Shown: piece by piece, positions 37,515 to 52,164 of the stretch
Layout: each line of letters begins with the position of its first letter
Position numbering within the stretch: position 1 is the first letter of the stretch
Assembly: GCA_032718475.1 (NCBI GenBank)
Contig: JAUCBJ010009154.1
Location: 1-64,000, forward strand
Length of the DNA stretch: 64,000 bases
Origin: Nemertoderma westbladi
Lineage: Eukaryota > Animalia > Xenacoelomorpha
Direction of reading: 5' to 3'
Notes under the pieces: generated by a model
The model's database searches: none
Told to the model about the DNA's origin: nothing
What the model saw: only the letters and a program-made list of their open reading frames with translations
Position numbers and translations under genes: made by a program

Positions 37515-37832
37515 GACGGCCGCCGACTCCGCACCGACTCCGCCCGACTACGACCTCGGTTTAACTCCCGTTCCGACTCGCTACCCTCGGACTCGCAACC
37601 ATCGGACTCGGTACCCGAGGAGGACAGCGTGTTTACGGACAGCGACAAACCCGCAGCGCCTCTACCGGCCAAGTCTGGCCGCGCCCATCGCCGACCGCAC
37701 CCGCCCGCCCTCCCGAACGCCTACCCCGCGCCCCCCAACACCCAACCCACGCACTACGCGTCCCACTCCCACGAAGGCCGCGCCTTGGGTAACGTAGCAG
37801 AATGGCTCGCAAGAAACCACGATTACACGTGA
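37515..37832 (+). CDS. DOK7: DOK7-like distal exon (terminal, or spliced onward at gtgagt 37829)
   Basis: gacccag acceptor in phase 0, GC-rich frame DGRRLRTDS...RSDSLP...WLARNHDYT. Confidence 0.6.
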   Translation, partial: DGRRLRTDSARLRPRFNSRSDSLPSDSQPSDSVPEEDSVFTDSDKPAAPLPAKSGRAHRRPHPPALPNAYPAPPNTQPTHYASHSHEGRALGNVAEWLARNHDYT

Positions 37833-38205
37833 GTTAAACAGTTCTAGGGTGGGGGGGGGGGGGGTGGTCATAGTAACTAAATTATATTTTATATTTCTTC
37901 ACATTATATTTTTTAAACAAATTTACTAAATAGGATAACATTTAATGTAGACAGTTTCGGCACTTCATCCTACAGTATAACTCTAATTAGAATATACAGT
38001 ATACACGGTCACAAATAATTATAATACAATTAATAATTTAATATTATACGTGTACTTGAATATAATCTTCCAACACAATCAATAAAAGTCTGGTCTTAAA
38101 GATCCAAAATCCTAAAAGTAACTGCTCCTGTACCTTATCTCCTGTATTTTCCTTCACAATACGATCAAAATATTTCATACATTATTAACATTTAACCGTT
38201 AACCG

Positions 38206-38300
38206 TTATTTATTGCCCGTAATCAGCTGTTATTTGCCCGTAATCAGCTGTTATTTGCCCGTAATCAGCTGTTATTTGCCCGTATTCAGCTGTTATTTGC
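38206..38300. repeat. 21-bp tandem repeat (~4 copies)
   Basis: ttatttgcccgtaatcagctg. Confidence 0.85.
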
Positions 38301-38433
38301 TTCGGGTTTCCCCTTACGACAGATTAATTTTCATTCCAACCAGATTCCCCACTATATATCATGCAATTGTTTCCCGGTTGTTTAGTTGTTTTTCCGGTTG
38401 TTTTTACCCGAGGAGTAGGCTCTCCTACTTCGA

Positions 38434-41400
38434 GGGTTAGAATTCACTAGGGTATTTTCACTCCCCGGTTAGAATTCACAAGGGTATTTTCACTCAAGGG
38501 TTAGAATTCACTAGGGTATTTTCACTCCCCGGTTAGAATTCACTAGGGTATTTTCACTCCCCGGTTAGAATTCGCATGGGGTATTTTCACTCCCCGGTTA
38601 GAATTCACTAAGGTATTTTCACTCCCCGGTTAGAATTCACAAGGGTATTTTCACTCCCCGGTTAGAATTCACTAAGGTATTTTCACTCCCCGGTTAGAAT
38701 TCACTAAGGTATTTTCACTCCCCGGTTAGAATTCACTAGGGTATTTTCACTCCCAGGTTAGAATTCACTAGGGTATTTTCACTCCCCGGTTAGAATTCAC
38801 TAGGGTATTTTCACTCCTTGGTTAGAATTCACTAAGGTATTTTCACTCCCAGGTTAGAATTCACTAGGGTATTTTCACTCCCCGGTTAAAATTCACTAAG
38901 GTATTTTCACTCCCCGGTTAGAATTCACAAGGGTATTTTCACTCCCCGGTTAGAATTCACTAAGGTATTTTCACTCCCCGGTTAGAATTCACTAAGGTAT
39001 TTTCACTCCCCGGTTAGAATTCACTAGGGTATTTTCACTCCCCGGTTAGAATTCACTAGGGTATTTTCACTCCCCGGTTAAAATTCACTAAGGTATTTTC
39101 ACTCCCCGGTTAGAATTCACAAGGGTATTTTCACTCCCCGGTTAGAATTCACTAAGGTATTTTCACTCTCCGGTTAGAATTCACTAGGGTATTTTCACCA
39201 CCCCGGTTAGAATTCACTAGGGTATTTTCACTCCCCGGTTAGAATTCACATGGGGTATTTTCACTCCCCGGTTAGAATTCACTAGGGTATTTTCACTCCC
39301 CGGTTAGAATTCACTAGGGTATTTTCACTCCTTGGTTAGAATTCACTAGGGTATTTTCACTCCCCGGTTAGAATTCACTAGGGTATTTTCACTCCCCGGT
39401 TAAAATTCACTAAGGTATTTTCACTCCCCGGTTAGAATTCACAAGTGTATTTTCACTCCCCGGTTAGAATTCACTAAGGTATTTTCACTCCCCGGTTAGA
39501 ATTCACTAGGGTATTTTCACTCCCCGGTTAGAATTCACTAGGGTATTTTCATTCCCCGGTTAGAATTCACAAGGGTATTTTCACTCCCAGGTTAGAATTC
39601 ACTAAGGTATTTTCACTCCCCGGTTAGAATTCACAAGGGTATTTTCACTCCCAGGTTAGAATTCACTAAGGTATTTTCACTCCCCGGTTAGAATTCACAA
39701 GGGTATTTTCACTCAAGGGTTAGAATTCACTAGGGTATTTTCACTCCCCGGTTAGAATTCACTAGGGTATTTTCACTCCCCGGTTAGAATTCGCATGGGG
39801 TATTTTCACTCCCCGGTTAGAATTCACTAGGGTATTTTCACTCCCAGGTTAGAATTCACTAGGGTATTTTCACTCCCCGGTTAGAATTCACTAGGGTATT
39901 TTCACTCCCCGGTTAAAATTCACTAAGGTATTTTCACTCCCCGGTTAGAATTCACAAGGGTATTTTCACTCCCCGGTTAGAATTCACTAAGGTATTTTCA
40001 CTCCCCGGTTAGAATTCACTAGGGTATTTTCACCACCCCGGTTAGAATTCACTAGGGTATTTTCACTCCCCGGTTAGAATTCACATGGGGTATTTTCACT
40101 CCCCGGTTAGAATTCACTAGGGTATTTTCACTCCCCGGTTAGAATTCACTAGGGTATTTTCACTCCTTGGTTAGAATTCACTAGGGTATTTTCACTCCCC
40201 GGTTAGAATTCACTAGGGTATTTTCACTCCCCGGTTAAAATTCACTAAGGTATTTTCACTCCCCGGTTAGAATTCACAAGTGTATTTTCACTCCCCGGTT
40301 AGAATTCACTAAGGTATTTTCACTCCCCGGTTAGAATTCACTAGGGTATTTTCACTCCCCGGTTAGAATTCACTAGGGTATTTTCACTCAAGGGTTAGAA
40401 TTCACTAGGGTATTTTCACTCCCCTGTTAGAATTCACTAGGGTATTTTCACTCAAGGGTTAGAATTCACTAGGGTATTTCCACTCCCCGCTTAGAATTCA
40501 CAAGGGTATTTTCACTCCCCGGTTAGAATTCACTAGGGTATTTTCACTCAAGGGTTAGAATTCACTAGGGTATTTTCACTCCCCGGTTAGAATTCACAAG
40601 GGTATTTTCACTCAAGGGTTAGAATTCACTAGGGTATTTCCACTCCCCGCTTAGAATTCACAAGGGTATTTCCACCCCCCGGTTAGAATTCGCATGGGGT
40701 ATTTTCACTCCCCGGTTAGAATTCACTAGGGTATTTTCACTCCCCGGTTAGAATTCACAAGGGTATTTTCACTCCCAGGTTAGAATTCACTAGGGTATTT
40801 TCACTCCCCGCTTAGAATTCATAAGGGTATTTTCACTCCCCGGTTAGAATTCACTAAGGTATTTTCACTCCTCGGTTAGAATTCGCATGGGGTATTTTCA
40901 CTCCCCGGTTAGAATTCACTAGGGTATTTTCACTCCCCGGTTAGAATTCACAAGGGTATTTTCACTCCCAGGTTAGAATTCACTAGGGTATTTTCACTCC
41001 CCGCTTAGAATTCACAAGGATATTTTCACTCCCCGGTTAGAATTCACTAAGGTATTTTCACTCCTCGGTTAGAATTCGCATGGGGTATTTTCACTCCCCG
41101 GTTAGAATTCACTAGGGTATTTTCATTCCCCGGTTAGAATTCACAAGGGTATTTTCACTCCCAGGTTAGAATTCACTAAGGTATTTTCACTCCCCGGTTA
41201 GAATTCACAAGGGTATTTTCACTCCCCGGTTAGAATTCACTAAGGTATTTTCACTCCCCGGTTAGAATTCACTAGGGTATTTTCACCACCCCGGTTAGAA
41301 TTCACTAGGGTATTTTCACTCCCCGGTTAGAATTCACATGGGGTATTTTCACTCCCCGGTTAGAATTCACTAGGGTATTTTCACTCCCCGGTTAGAATTC

Positions 41401-43150
41401 ACTAGGGTATTTTCACTCCTTGGTTAGAATTCACTAGGGTATTTTCACTCCCCGGTTAGAATTCACTAGGGTATTTTCACTCCCCGGTTAAAATTCACTA
41501 AGGTATTTTCACTCCCCGGTTAGAATTCACAAGTGTATTTTCACTCCCCGGTTAGAATTCACTAAGGTATTTTCACTCCCCGGTTAGAATTCACTAGGGT
41601 ATTTTCACTCCCCGGTTAGAATTCACTAGGGTATTTTCACTCAAGGGTTAGAATTCACTAGGGTATTTTCACTCCCCTGTTAGAATTCACTAGGGTATTT
41701 TCACTCAAGGGTTAGAATTCACTAGGGTATTTCCACTCTCCGCTTAGAATTCACAAGGGTATTTTCACTCCCCGGTTAGAATTCACTAGGGTATTTTCAC
41801 TCAAGGGTTAGAATTCACTAGGGTATTTTCACTCCCCGGTTAGAATTCACAAGGGTATTTTCACTCAAGGGTTAGAATTCACTAGGGTATTTCCACTCCC
41901 CGCTTAGAATTCACAAGGGTATTTCCACCCCCCGGTTAGAATTCGCATGGGGTATTTTCACTCCCCGGTTAGAATTCACTAGGGTATTTTCACTCCCCGG
42001 TTAGAATTCACAAGGGTATTTTCACTCCCAGGTTAGAATTCACTAGGGTATTTTCACTCCCCGCTTAGAATTCACAAGGGTATTTTCACTCCCCGGTTAG
42101 AATTCACTAAGGTATTTTCACTCCTCGGTTAGAATTCGCATGGGGTATTTTCACTCCCCGGTTAGAATTCACTAGGGTATTTTCACTCCCCGGTTAGAAT
42201 TCACAAGGGTATTTTCACTCCCAGGTTAGAATTCACTAGGGTATTTTCACTCCCCGCTTAGAATTCACAAGGATATTTTCACTCCCCGGTTAGAATTCAC
42301 TAAGGTATTTTCACTCCTCGGTTAGAATTCGCATGGGGTATTTTCACTCCCCGGTTAGAATTCACTAGGGTATTTTCACTCCCCGGTTAGAATTCACAAG
42401 GGTATTTTCACTCCCAGGTTAGAATTCACTAGGGTATTTTCACTCCCCGGTTAGAATTCACAAGGGTATTTTCACTCCCCGGTTAGAATTCACAAGGGTA
42501 TTTTCACTCCCAGGTTAGAATTCACTAAGGTATTTTCACTCCTCGGTTAGAATTCACAAGGGTATTTTCACTCCCAGGTTAGAATTCACTAGGGTATTTT
42601 CACTCCCCGGTTAGAATTCACTAGGGTATTTTCACTCCTCGGTTAGAATTCGCATGGGGTATTTTCACTCCCCGGTTAGAATTCACTAGGGTATTTTCAC
42701 TCCCCGGTTAGAATTCACAAGGGCATTTTCACTCCCAGGTTAGAATTCACTAGGGTATTTTCACTCCCCGGTTAGAATTCACAAGGGTATTTTCACTCCC
42801 AGGTTAGAATTCACTAGGGTATTTTCACTCCCCGGTTAGAATTCACTAAGGTATTTTCACTCCTCGGTTAGAATTCGCATGGGGTATTTTCACTCCCCGG
42901 TTAGAATTCACTAGGGTATTTTCACTCCCCGGTTAGAATTCACAAGGGTATTTTCACTCCCAGGTTAGAATTCACTAGGGTATTTTCACTCCCCGGTTAG
43001 AATTCACAAGGGTATTTTCACTCCCAGGTTAGAATTCACTAGTGAATTTTCACTCCCCGGTTAGAATTCACTAGGGTATTTTAACTCCCCGGTTAGAATT
43101 CACTAGGGTATTTTCACTCCCCGGTTAGAATTCACTAGGGTATTTTAACT
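38434..43150. repeat. 32-bp satellite (~147 copies) with recurring variant blocks
   Basis: ggttagaattcactagggtattttcactcccc in tandem. Confidence 0.98.
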
Positions 43151-44458
43151 AATTAACTTTTTTACTAATTAACTAATCGTTCCCTTATTTAGGAGACTAC
43201 GTTTTACCCAAATTCATTGACATTTGTTACACATGTATAGAATAGGTGGATAAAAAATTTTCAAAAAAAAAATGTTTGAGCTTTTTAATTATTATCCTAA
43301 TTAACATAATTTATGCAATTATTCTTTAAAATGCAAAGGCTTTTAGAGGAGTGGTCATCAGATGCCCAAAATTTCATCATTTGTGCACAATGACATCGTA
43401 AATGTTATCTATTACCAGAACATAAGAAAACATACTCTACTATCAAACAAATTTCCTATGTGGGTTTTCTTGGTCCGTGACTTCATTTTTGATATTTGTT
43501 TTCAAATTTGGCCTCGTGGTTTCTGTCTGTATGCCTGTCAGTCAGTCCGTCAAGATATAAGTAACAGAACAGACACATTGGAAGTTATCAAATCTGACTC
43601 TCGAAATGAATTCTGCGAGCACGAAAACCCCTATAACTAAATTTTTACGTAGTTACTGTGTCCATTTCTTATATTTGACGGACAGATTTCCGGATAGTCA
43701 GAAAGACTGACAGACAGATAGACAAACAGACTGACTCAATTGCATTGAAGTGAAAACTAACATCAGAAATCAAATCAGCGACCATATAAACAAACCCATA
43801 GCAAAAATCTTAGCATGGTTATGTGCTTTCGTGTTGCTAAATATATATTAACAGACAGTTTTTGCACGGGAGGGTTAAAACCTAAAGGCAATTATCTCAG
43901 AATGACATTTTTCATTTTTAAATCACTACTCCTCCGCCATTTTTCAACTAATTTGTAAGTTTTTGGTGTCAAATGAAAAGCTAGAATGTTTGCGCAATAA
44001 TAAAATTCGAGCAGTTTTTTTAGTTTTTCAATTATGGTTCATCTGTTATAAAAAATTTTACGAAAAAAAAACATTGCTTTTTTGATAATTTGAAATTTTT
44101 TTGAAAAATAGCGGTATTTTCCTTGAAAAATACGAAACAAAAAGTGACTAATTTAATCGAACAATACCGCCTTTTTCACTCTTATTCAGTTTAGCTAACT
44201 TCTACTATTCTGTCCGAGTGGTTGAGTTTTACACGAGTTGGCAGGTTATTAGAATGCCAAAGAGTGAAAAACTCAACCCGCACGAGGACCGAATATCTGA
44301 ATTTCGCTTAAGAAAATGAGAGGAAAGAGTGTTGGTTGTTCCGTTACGTTTTGATATCGGATATATTGTTTTATTTGAAAAAATGAATCATCAGCGTTAT
44401 AACTGTATCTTTGGATTTCTTAAGCAGAAACTCACAGTTCTACGAAGTACTATAAATT

Positions 44459-44556
44459 ACCACAATAGACACCAAAATAACACAATAGACACCAAAATAC
44501 CACAACAGACACCAAAATACCACAACAGACACCAAAATACCACAACAGACACCAAA
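44459..44556. repeat. 20-bp tandem repeat (~5 copies)
   Basis: cacaacagacaccaaaatac. Confidence 0.85.
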
Positions 44557-44732
44557 AAACTATAAAACTGATTATTCATTGCCTAAAACAATCGTTTTGG
44601 ACATCAAAAACATATTGAGAACATGTTCTCTCCACTGCCGTTTATGTTTTTATGATGCAACTATAACACTAGGAATGTTTTTTCTAATATAACAATAGAT
44701 TCGAGTGTGTTTTATTTTCCACTTATAGGCGT

Positions 44733-45302
44733 TGTTAGCGTATTCAATTCCGCTAACCAGGCCCACACAAAGTTGGTTTTAAGCAATATTGGGAGCACGA
44801 GGTTGATTACCAATCAACCTCGTGTCACCCCAATAAACGGGGACAACAGGCCCCAGGGGAACACACAAAGGGGGTCAGAGGTTATACCTCCGAGAGAGAG
44901 AATAACAGCAGTGGGGAGGGAAAACATTCCCAGAGAGATGGGAGGCGAGAAGTGAGTTATTAGCCAATGGGGGGAAGGCATCCACTGAGTAGTGTAACAC
45001 GGCCAACCTGTGCAATATATATTATCATTCGTTGTGCCAATTTATTCACTTTTAGTAAGTCAGTTAGTTAGGGCAGTACCGGCATCTCCGTCTACTGCCA
45101 TACAATATTCAGCCATTTTAGCGGTACAGTATATCATCATCAACCGACTGTGCTATATTACCATTTATTATATTATACCCTTATATCTACTGATCTATAT
45201 ACACCGATCAATCAACAACCCAGAACTCTTTTCACATACACACGGCGGGGACGCGTAGATTAGAAACCGGATAAACCGGGATCCTCGGTGGATCCCGTCA
45301 CA
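44733..45302. mobile_element. Solo LTR, copy 2 (same family as 4046-4606)
   Basis: TG...CA termini, TSD GGCGT/GGCAT (one transition), shared blocks gcaatattgggagcacgaggttgattaccaatcaacctcgtgtcacccc and cacggcggggacgcgta...ccggataaaccgggatcc. Confidence 0.8.
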
Positions 45303-48300
45303 GGCATTCTAGACTCGCTTCGCTCGTGCTAAAAACTTATCTGAATTTCGCTAAACTGAAAATGAGTGAAAAAAAGTTGTTTTCCCCGCTTGCCTTTTTT
45401 TTATCGAATAATAGTCCTATTTTCACGGATTATTATTTTTACGGATTTAAACAATTTTGTTATAAATATAATGTTGAAAAATTTAAATGATGCGTTTAAC
45501 CGAAATATACAATATATGCAATATATATACATATAATGTATATTGCGCATCTTACAACATAAACCCATATGTTTATATCAGCAGTCGGGTCTCGAACCCA
45601 CTAAATAATAACGCAGGACCTGCGATCTATCGAGTGATATCGCACTTTCTGTCACTAAATTAGTGATAGAAAGACTTTATGTCACTAACTTATGATATAA
45701 AGTAATAATAGTGAGCGAAGGCAATACTTTCTTGCACTGTTTTCTAAAAAAAATAGTTAAATAAGTTTGATTTTTTCAGATATACTAAGTTTTTTTTTAT
45801 CACCGTAGTGATACTGAGTAAACTAAAGTTATGGGCTGACAAAATCTGACTACCAATAATATAAAGATTTTCTTAATTGAAACGCCCATAGTTAGCAATA
45901 CTTTCATTATGAAACCATCATTTTGATTTAAACAAAACTAAAATAAGTCTTCGTCAGTCCTAGTCAAGTCGAAGTCCTAGATATTTTTTAATGACTGTGA
46001 CTCTCCAGCACCCTCCTTGAGTAAACCCTCTGTCCCATAATTCCGCCTACGTCTCTCCAACCCAACCAAAAGATTCCAAAACAAATTTTATTCATAATTT
46101 ATTTTATCTGCGGATTTGGTCTCGCGTTTCAATTTGCATTCCGGGATTAAATCAGGCTGATAGGCCGAATTAATGTGCATTATTAAATAAATCGTACGGG
46201 CCGCCCTCCCTGCGTGCCGCCGGGTTATTGAATCCAACGATTTTCCCTCGGTTTGTTGCCACCTGTCCACTTCCTGCGCTCTGCGGCGTCTCTAACAACC
46301 GCCAACCACAGCAGCCCCCAACCTCTGGCTACCAGATTCGTACGGACTCTACAGTCCCCTGTCCCGACAGGCTCAATTTAGCTTACTTGTGAATCCACCT
46401 TTACGCCTGACTTCTGCTCTTCCCAGAATATAGTGAGGAAGATATAGCCGCTGGCTTCCTGGACGTCATTTGATCCCATTATAATAATTTCCGTGGGTGT
46501 GATCTCGGCTGCTATAAAGTCGCTACTTTTACCAGCTAACTCACGTACCTCCTGTATTTCTTTCTTTGCACACACGCCGGCTACTGTGTTCCCTCAGGTT
46601 TCCCCTTTGTTTTCGTTGAGTTTCCTTAGGCCTCGAAGTGGTTTTGAGATGGGATTCGATGGGTTTCCATTGACTATTAGTTAACGGGGCTCGCTGCGCT
46701 GATGTCTTTACATTATTCAGTTATAAGTTAGTTGGTGCCAGTGGTTGCTCGCATTCGTTGTGATTCCCGCAAATCGGCCATTTAATTGTTTATTAAATTA
46801 AATTCAATTAGATTTGATCTTATTATTTATATTTATCCATATCACCTTGGCAATGTTTAAGGTAAGGCCTTTCGTATTTCACATTTCGTTTTATATGTAA
46901 GGGTAGCTTATATTTTAACGTTTATAATTAATTAAAAGACATGATTGAATATTCGTTAAGGATTATTATTGTTATTATTGACTTTCATTTTGACTTTTCT
47001 ATCTTTTCTATCTTTGTTGGTTGTAGTCGTTATGTGTGCAGAATTGCAGTGGTTATCTTTAATAATAACTTTTCTATATTTTGTTGGTTGTAGTCGTTAT
47101 GTGTGCAGAATTGCAGTGGTTATCTTTAATAATAACTTTTCTATCTTTGTTGGTTGTAGTCGTTATGTGTGCAGAATTGCAGTGGTTATCTTTAATAATA
47201 ACTTTTCTATCTTTGTTGGTTGTAGTCGTTATGTGTGCAGAATTGCAGTGGTTATCTTTAATAATAACTTTTCTATCTTTGTTGGTTGTAGTCGTTATGT
47301 GTGCAGAATTGCAGTGGTTATCTTTAATAATAACTTTTCTTTCTTTGTTGGTTGTAGTCGTTATGTGTGCAGAATTGCAGTGGTTATCTTTAATAATAAC
47401 TTTTCTATCTTTGTTGGTTGTAGTCGTTATGTGTGCAGAATTGCAGTGGTTATCTTTAATAATAACTTTTCTATCTTTGTTGGTTGTAGTCGTTATGTGT
47501 GCAGAATTGCAGTGGTTATCTTTAATAATAACTTTTCTATATTTTGTTGGTTGTAGTCGTTATGTGTGCAGAATTGCAGTGGTTATCTTTAATACTAACT
47601 TTTCTATCTTTGTTGGTTGTAGTCGTTATGTGTGCAGAATGGCAGTGGTTATCTTTAATAATAACTTTTCTATCTTTGTTGGTTGTAGTCGTTATGTGTG
47701 CAGAATTGCAGTGGTTATCTTTAATAATAACTTTTCTATCTTTGTTGGTTGTAGTCGTTATGTGTGCAGAATTGCAGTGGTTATCTTTAATAATAACTTT
47801 TCTATCTTTGTTGGTTGTAGTCGTTATGTGTGCAGAATTGCAGTGGTTATCTTTAATAATAACTTTTCTATATTTTGTTGGTTGTAGTCGTTATGTGTGC
47901 AGAATTGCAGTGGTTATCTTTAATACTAACTTTTCTATCTTTGTTGGTTGTAGTCGTTATGTGTGCAGAATTGCAGTGGTTATCTTTAATAATAACTTTT
48001 CTATCTTTGTTGGTTGTAGTCGTTATGTGTGCAGAATTGCAGTGGTTATCTTTAATAATAACTTTTCTATCTTTGTTGGTTGTAGTCGTTATGTGTGCAG
48101 AATTGCAGTGGTTATCTTTAATAATAACTTTTCTATCTTTGTTGGTTGTAGTCGTTATGTGTGCAGAATTGCAGTGGTTATCTTTAATAATAACTTTTCT
48201 ATCTTTGTTGGTTGTAGTCGTTATGTGTGCAGAATTGCAGTGGTTATCTTTAATAATAACTTTTCTATATTTTGTTGGTTGTAGTCGTTATGTGTGCAGA

Positions 48301-51300
48301 ATTGCAGTGGTTATCTTTAATAATAACTTTTCTATCTTTGTTGGTTGTAGTCGTTATGTGTGCAGAATTGCAGTGGTTATCTTTAATAATAACTTTTCTA
48401 TCTTTGTTGGTTGTAGTCGTTATGTGTGCAGAATTGCAGTGGTTATCTTTAATACTAACTTTTCTATCTTTGTTGGTTGTAGTCGTTATGTGTGCAGAAT
48501 TGCAGTGGTTGTCTTTAATAATAACTTTCTATCTTTGTTGGTTGTAGTCGTTATGTGTGCAGAATTGCAGTGGTTATCTTTAATAATAACTTTTCTATCT
48601 TTGTTGGTTGTAGTCGTTATGTGTGCAGAATTGCAGTGGTTATCTTTAATAATAACTTTTCTATCTTTGTTGGTTGTAGTCGTTATGTGTGCAGAATTGC
48701 AGTGGTTATCTTTAATAATAACTTTTTATTTTTATTGGTTGTAGTCGTTATGTGTGCAGAATTGCAGTGGTTATCTTTAATAATAACTTTTCTATCTTTG
48801 TTGGTTGTAGTCGTTATGTGTGCAGAATTGCAGTGGTTATCTTTAATAATAACTTTTTATTTTTATTGGTTGTAGTCGTTATGTGTGCAGAATTGCAGTG
48901 GTTATCTTTAATAATAACTTTTCTATCTTTGTTGGTTGTAGTCGTTATGTGTGCAGAATTGCAGTGGTTATCTTTAATAATAACTTTTCTATCTTTGTTG
49001 GTTGTAGTCGTTATGTGTGCAGAATTGCAGTGGTTATCTTTAATAATAACTTTTCTATCTTTGTTGGTTGTAGTCGTGTGTGCAGAATTGCAGTGGTTAT
49101 CTTTAATAATAACTTTTCTATCTTTGTTGGTTGTAGTCGTTATGTGTGCAGAATTGCAGTGGTTATCTTTAATAATAACTTTTCTATCTTTGTTGGTTGT
49201 AGTCGTTATGTGTGCAGAATTGCAGTGGTTATCTTTAATAATAACTTTTCTATCTTTGTTGGTTGTAGTCGTTATGTGTGCAGAATTGCAGTGGTTATCT
49301 TTAATAATAACTTTTCTATCTTTGTTGGTTGTAGTCGTTATGTGTGCAGAATTGCAGTGGTTATCTTTAATAATAACTTTTCTATCTTTGTTGGTTGTAG
49401 TCGTTATGTGTGCAGAATTGCAGTGGTTATCTTTAATAATAACTTTTCTATCTTTGTTGGTTGTAGTCGTTATGTGTGCAGAATTGCAGTGGTTATCTTT
49501 AATAATAACTTTTCTATCTTTGTTGGTTGTAGTCGTTATGTGTGCAGAATTGCAGTGGTTATCTTTAATAATAACTTTTCTATCTTTGTTGGTTGTAGTC
49601 GTTATGTGTGCAGAATTGCAGTGGTTATCTTTAATAATAACTTTTCTATCTTTGTTGGTTGTAGTCGTTATGTGTGCAGAATTGCAGTGGTTATCTTTAA
49701 TAATAACTTTTCTATCTTTGTTGGTTGTAGTCGTTATGTGTGCAGAATTGCAGTGGTTATCTTTAATAATAACTTTTCTATCTTTGTTGGTTGTAGTCGT
49801 TATGTGTGCAGAATTGCAGTGGTTATCTTTAATAATAACTTTTCTATCTTTGTTGGTTGTAGTCGTTATGTGTGCAGAATTGCAGTGGTTATCTTTAATA
49901 ATAACTTTTCTATCTTTGTTGGTTGTAGTCGTTATGTGTGCAGAATTGCAGTGGTTATCTTTAATAATAACTTTTCTATCTTTGTTGGTTGTAGTCGTTA
50001 TGTGTGCAGAATTGCAGTGGTTATCTTTAATAATAACTTTTCTATCTTTGTTGGTTGTAGTCGTTATGTGTGCAGAATTGCAGTGGTTATCTTTAATAAT
50101 AACTTTTCTATCTTTGTTGGTTGTAGTCGTTATGTGTGCAGAATTGCAGTGGTTATCTTTAATAATAACTTTTCTATCTTTGTTGGTTGTAGTCGTTATG
50201 TGTGCAGAATTGCAGTGGTTATCTTTAATAATAACTTTTCTATCTTTGTTGGTTGTAGTCGTTATGTGTGCAGAATTGCAGTGGTTATCTTTAATAATAA
50301 CTTTTCTATCTTTGTTGGTTGTAGTCGTTATGTGTGCAGAATTGCAGTGGTTATCTTTAATAATAACTTTTCTATCTTGTTGGTTGTAGTCGTTATGTGT
50401 GCAGAATTGCAGTGGTTATCTTTAATAATAACTTTTCTATCTTTGTTGGTTGTAGTCGTTATGTGTGCAGAATTGCAGTGGTTATCTTTAATAATAACTT
50501 TTCTATCTTTGTTGGTTGTAGTCGTTATGTGTGCAGAATTGCAGTGGTTATCTTTAATAATAACTTTTCTATCTTGTTGGTTGTAGTCGTTATGTGTGCA
50601 GAATTGCAGTGGTTATCTTTAATAATAACTTTTCTATCTTTGTTGGTTGTAGTCGTTATGTGTGCAGAATTGCAGTGGTTATCTTTAATAATAACTTTTC
50701 TATCTTTGTTGGTTGTAGTCGTTATGTGTGCAGAATTGCAGTGGTTATCTTTAATAATAACTTTTCTATCTTTGTTGGTTGTAGTCGTTATGTGTGCAGA
50801 ATTGCAGTGGTTATCTTTAATAATAACTTTTCTATCTTGTTGGTTGTAGTCGTTATGTGTGCAGAATTGCAGTGGTTATCTTTAATAATAACTTTTCTAT
50901 CTTGTTGGTTGTAGTCGTTATGTGTGCAGAATTGCAGTGGTTATCTTTAATAATAACTTTTCTATCTTTGTTGGTTGTAGTCGTTATGTGTGCAGAATTG
51001 CAGTGGTTATCTTTAATAATAACTTTTCTATCTTTGTTGGTTGTAGTCGTTATGTGTGCAGAATTGCAGTGGTTATCTTTAATAATAACTTTTCTATCTT
51101 TGTTGGTTGTAGTCGTTATGTGTGCAGAATTGCAGTGGTTATCTTTAATAATAACTTTTCTATCTTTGTTGGTTGTAGTCGTTATGTGTGCAGAATTGCA
51201 GTGGTTATCTTTAATAATAACTTTTCTATCTTTGTTGGTTGTAGTCGTTATGTGTGCAGAATTGCAGTGGTTATCTTTAATGATAACTTTTCTATCTTTG

Positions 51301-52164
51301 TTGGTTGTAGTCGTTATGTGTGCAGAATTGCAGTGGTTATCTTTAATAATAACTTTTCTATCTTTGTTGGTTGTAGTCGTTATGTGTGCAGAATTGCAGT
51401 GGTTATCTTTAATAATAACTTTTCTATCTTTGTTGGTTGTAGTCGTTATGTGTGCAGAATTGCAGTGGTTATCTTTAATAATAACTTTTCTATCTTTGTT
51501 GGTTGTAGTCGTTATGTGTGCAGAATTGCAGTGGTTATCTTTAATAATAACTTTTCTATCTTTGTTGGTTGTAGTCGTTATGTGTGCAGAATTGCAGTGG
51601 TTATCTTTAATAATAACTTTTCTATCTTTGTTGGTTGTAGTCGTTATGTGTGCAGAATTGCAGTGGTTATCTTTAATAATAACTTTTCTATCTTTGTTGG
51701 TTGTAGTCGTTATGTGTGCAGAATTGCAGTGGTTATCTTTAATAATAACTTTTCTATCTTTGTTGGTTGTAGTCGTTATGTGTGCAGAATTGCAGTGGTT
51801 ATCTTTAATAATAACTTTTCTATCTTTGTTGGTTGTAGTCGTTATGTGTGCAGAATTGCAGTGGTTATCTTTAATAATAACTTTTCTATCTTTGTTGGTT
51901 GTAGTCGTTATGTGTGCAGAATTGCAGTGGTTATCTTTAATAATAACTTTTCTATCTTTGTTGGTTGTAGTCGTTATGTGTGCAGAATTGCAGTGGTTAT
52001 CTTTAATAATAACTTTTCTATCTTTGTTGGTTGTAGTCGTTATGTGTGCAGAATTGCAGTGGTTATCTTTAATAATAACTTTTCTATCTTTGTTGGTTGT
52101 AGTCGTTATGTGTGCAGAATTGCAGTGGTTATCTTTAATAATAACTTTTCTATCTTTGTTGGTT

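Noticed and set aside
4046-45302. One giant LTR element bounded by the two LTR copies
   Set aside because: Each LTR has its own distinct TSD, they are too diverged, and no gag/pol lies between them
46000-46700. Short GC-richer ORFs, possible retroelement ORF1 relic
   Set aside because: No recognisable motif and frames are broken; cannot be supported from sequence alone
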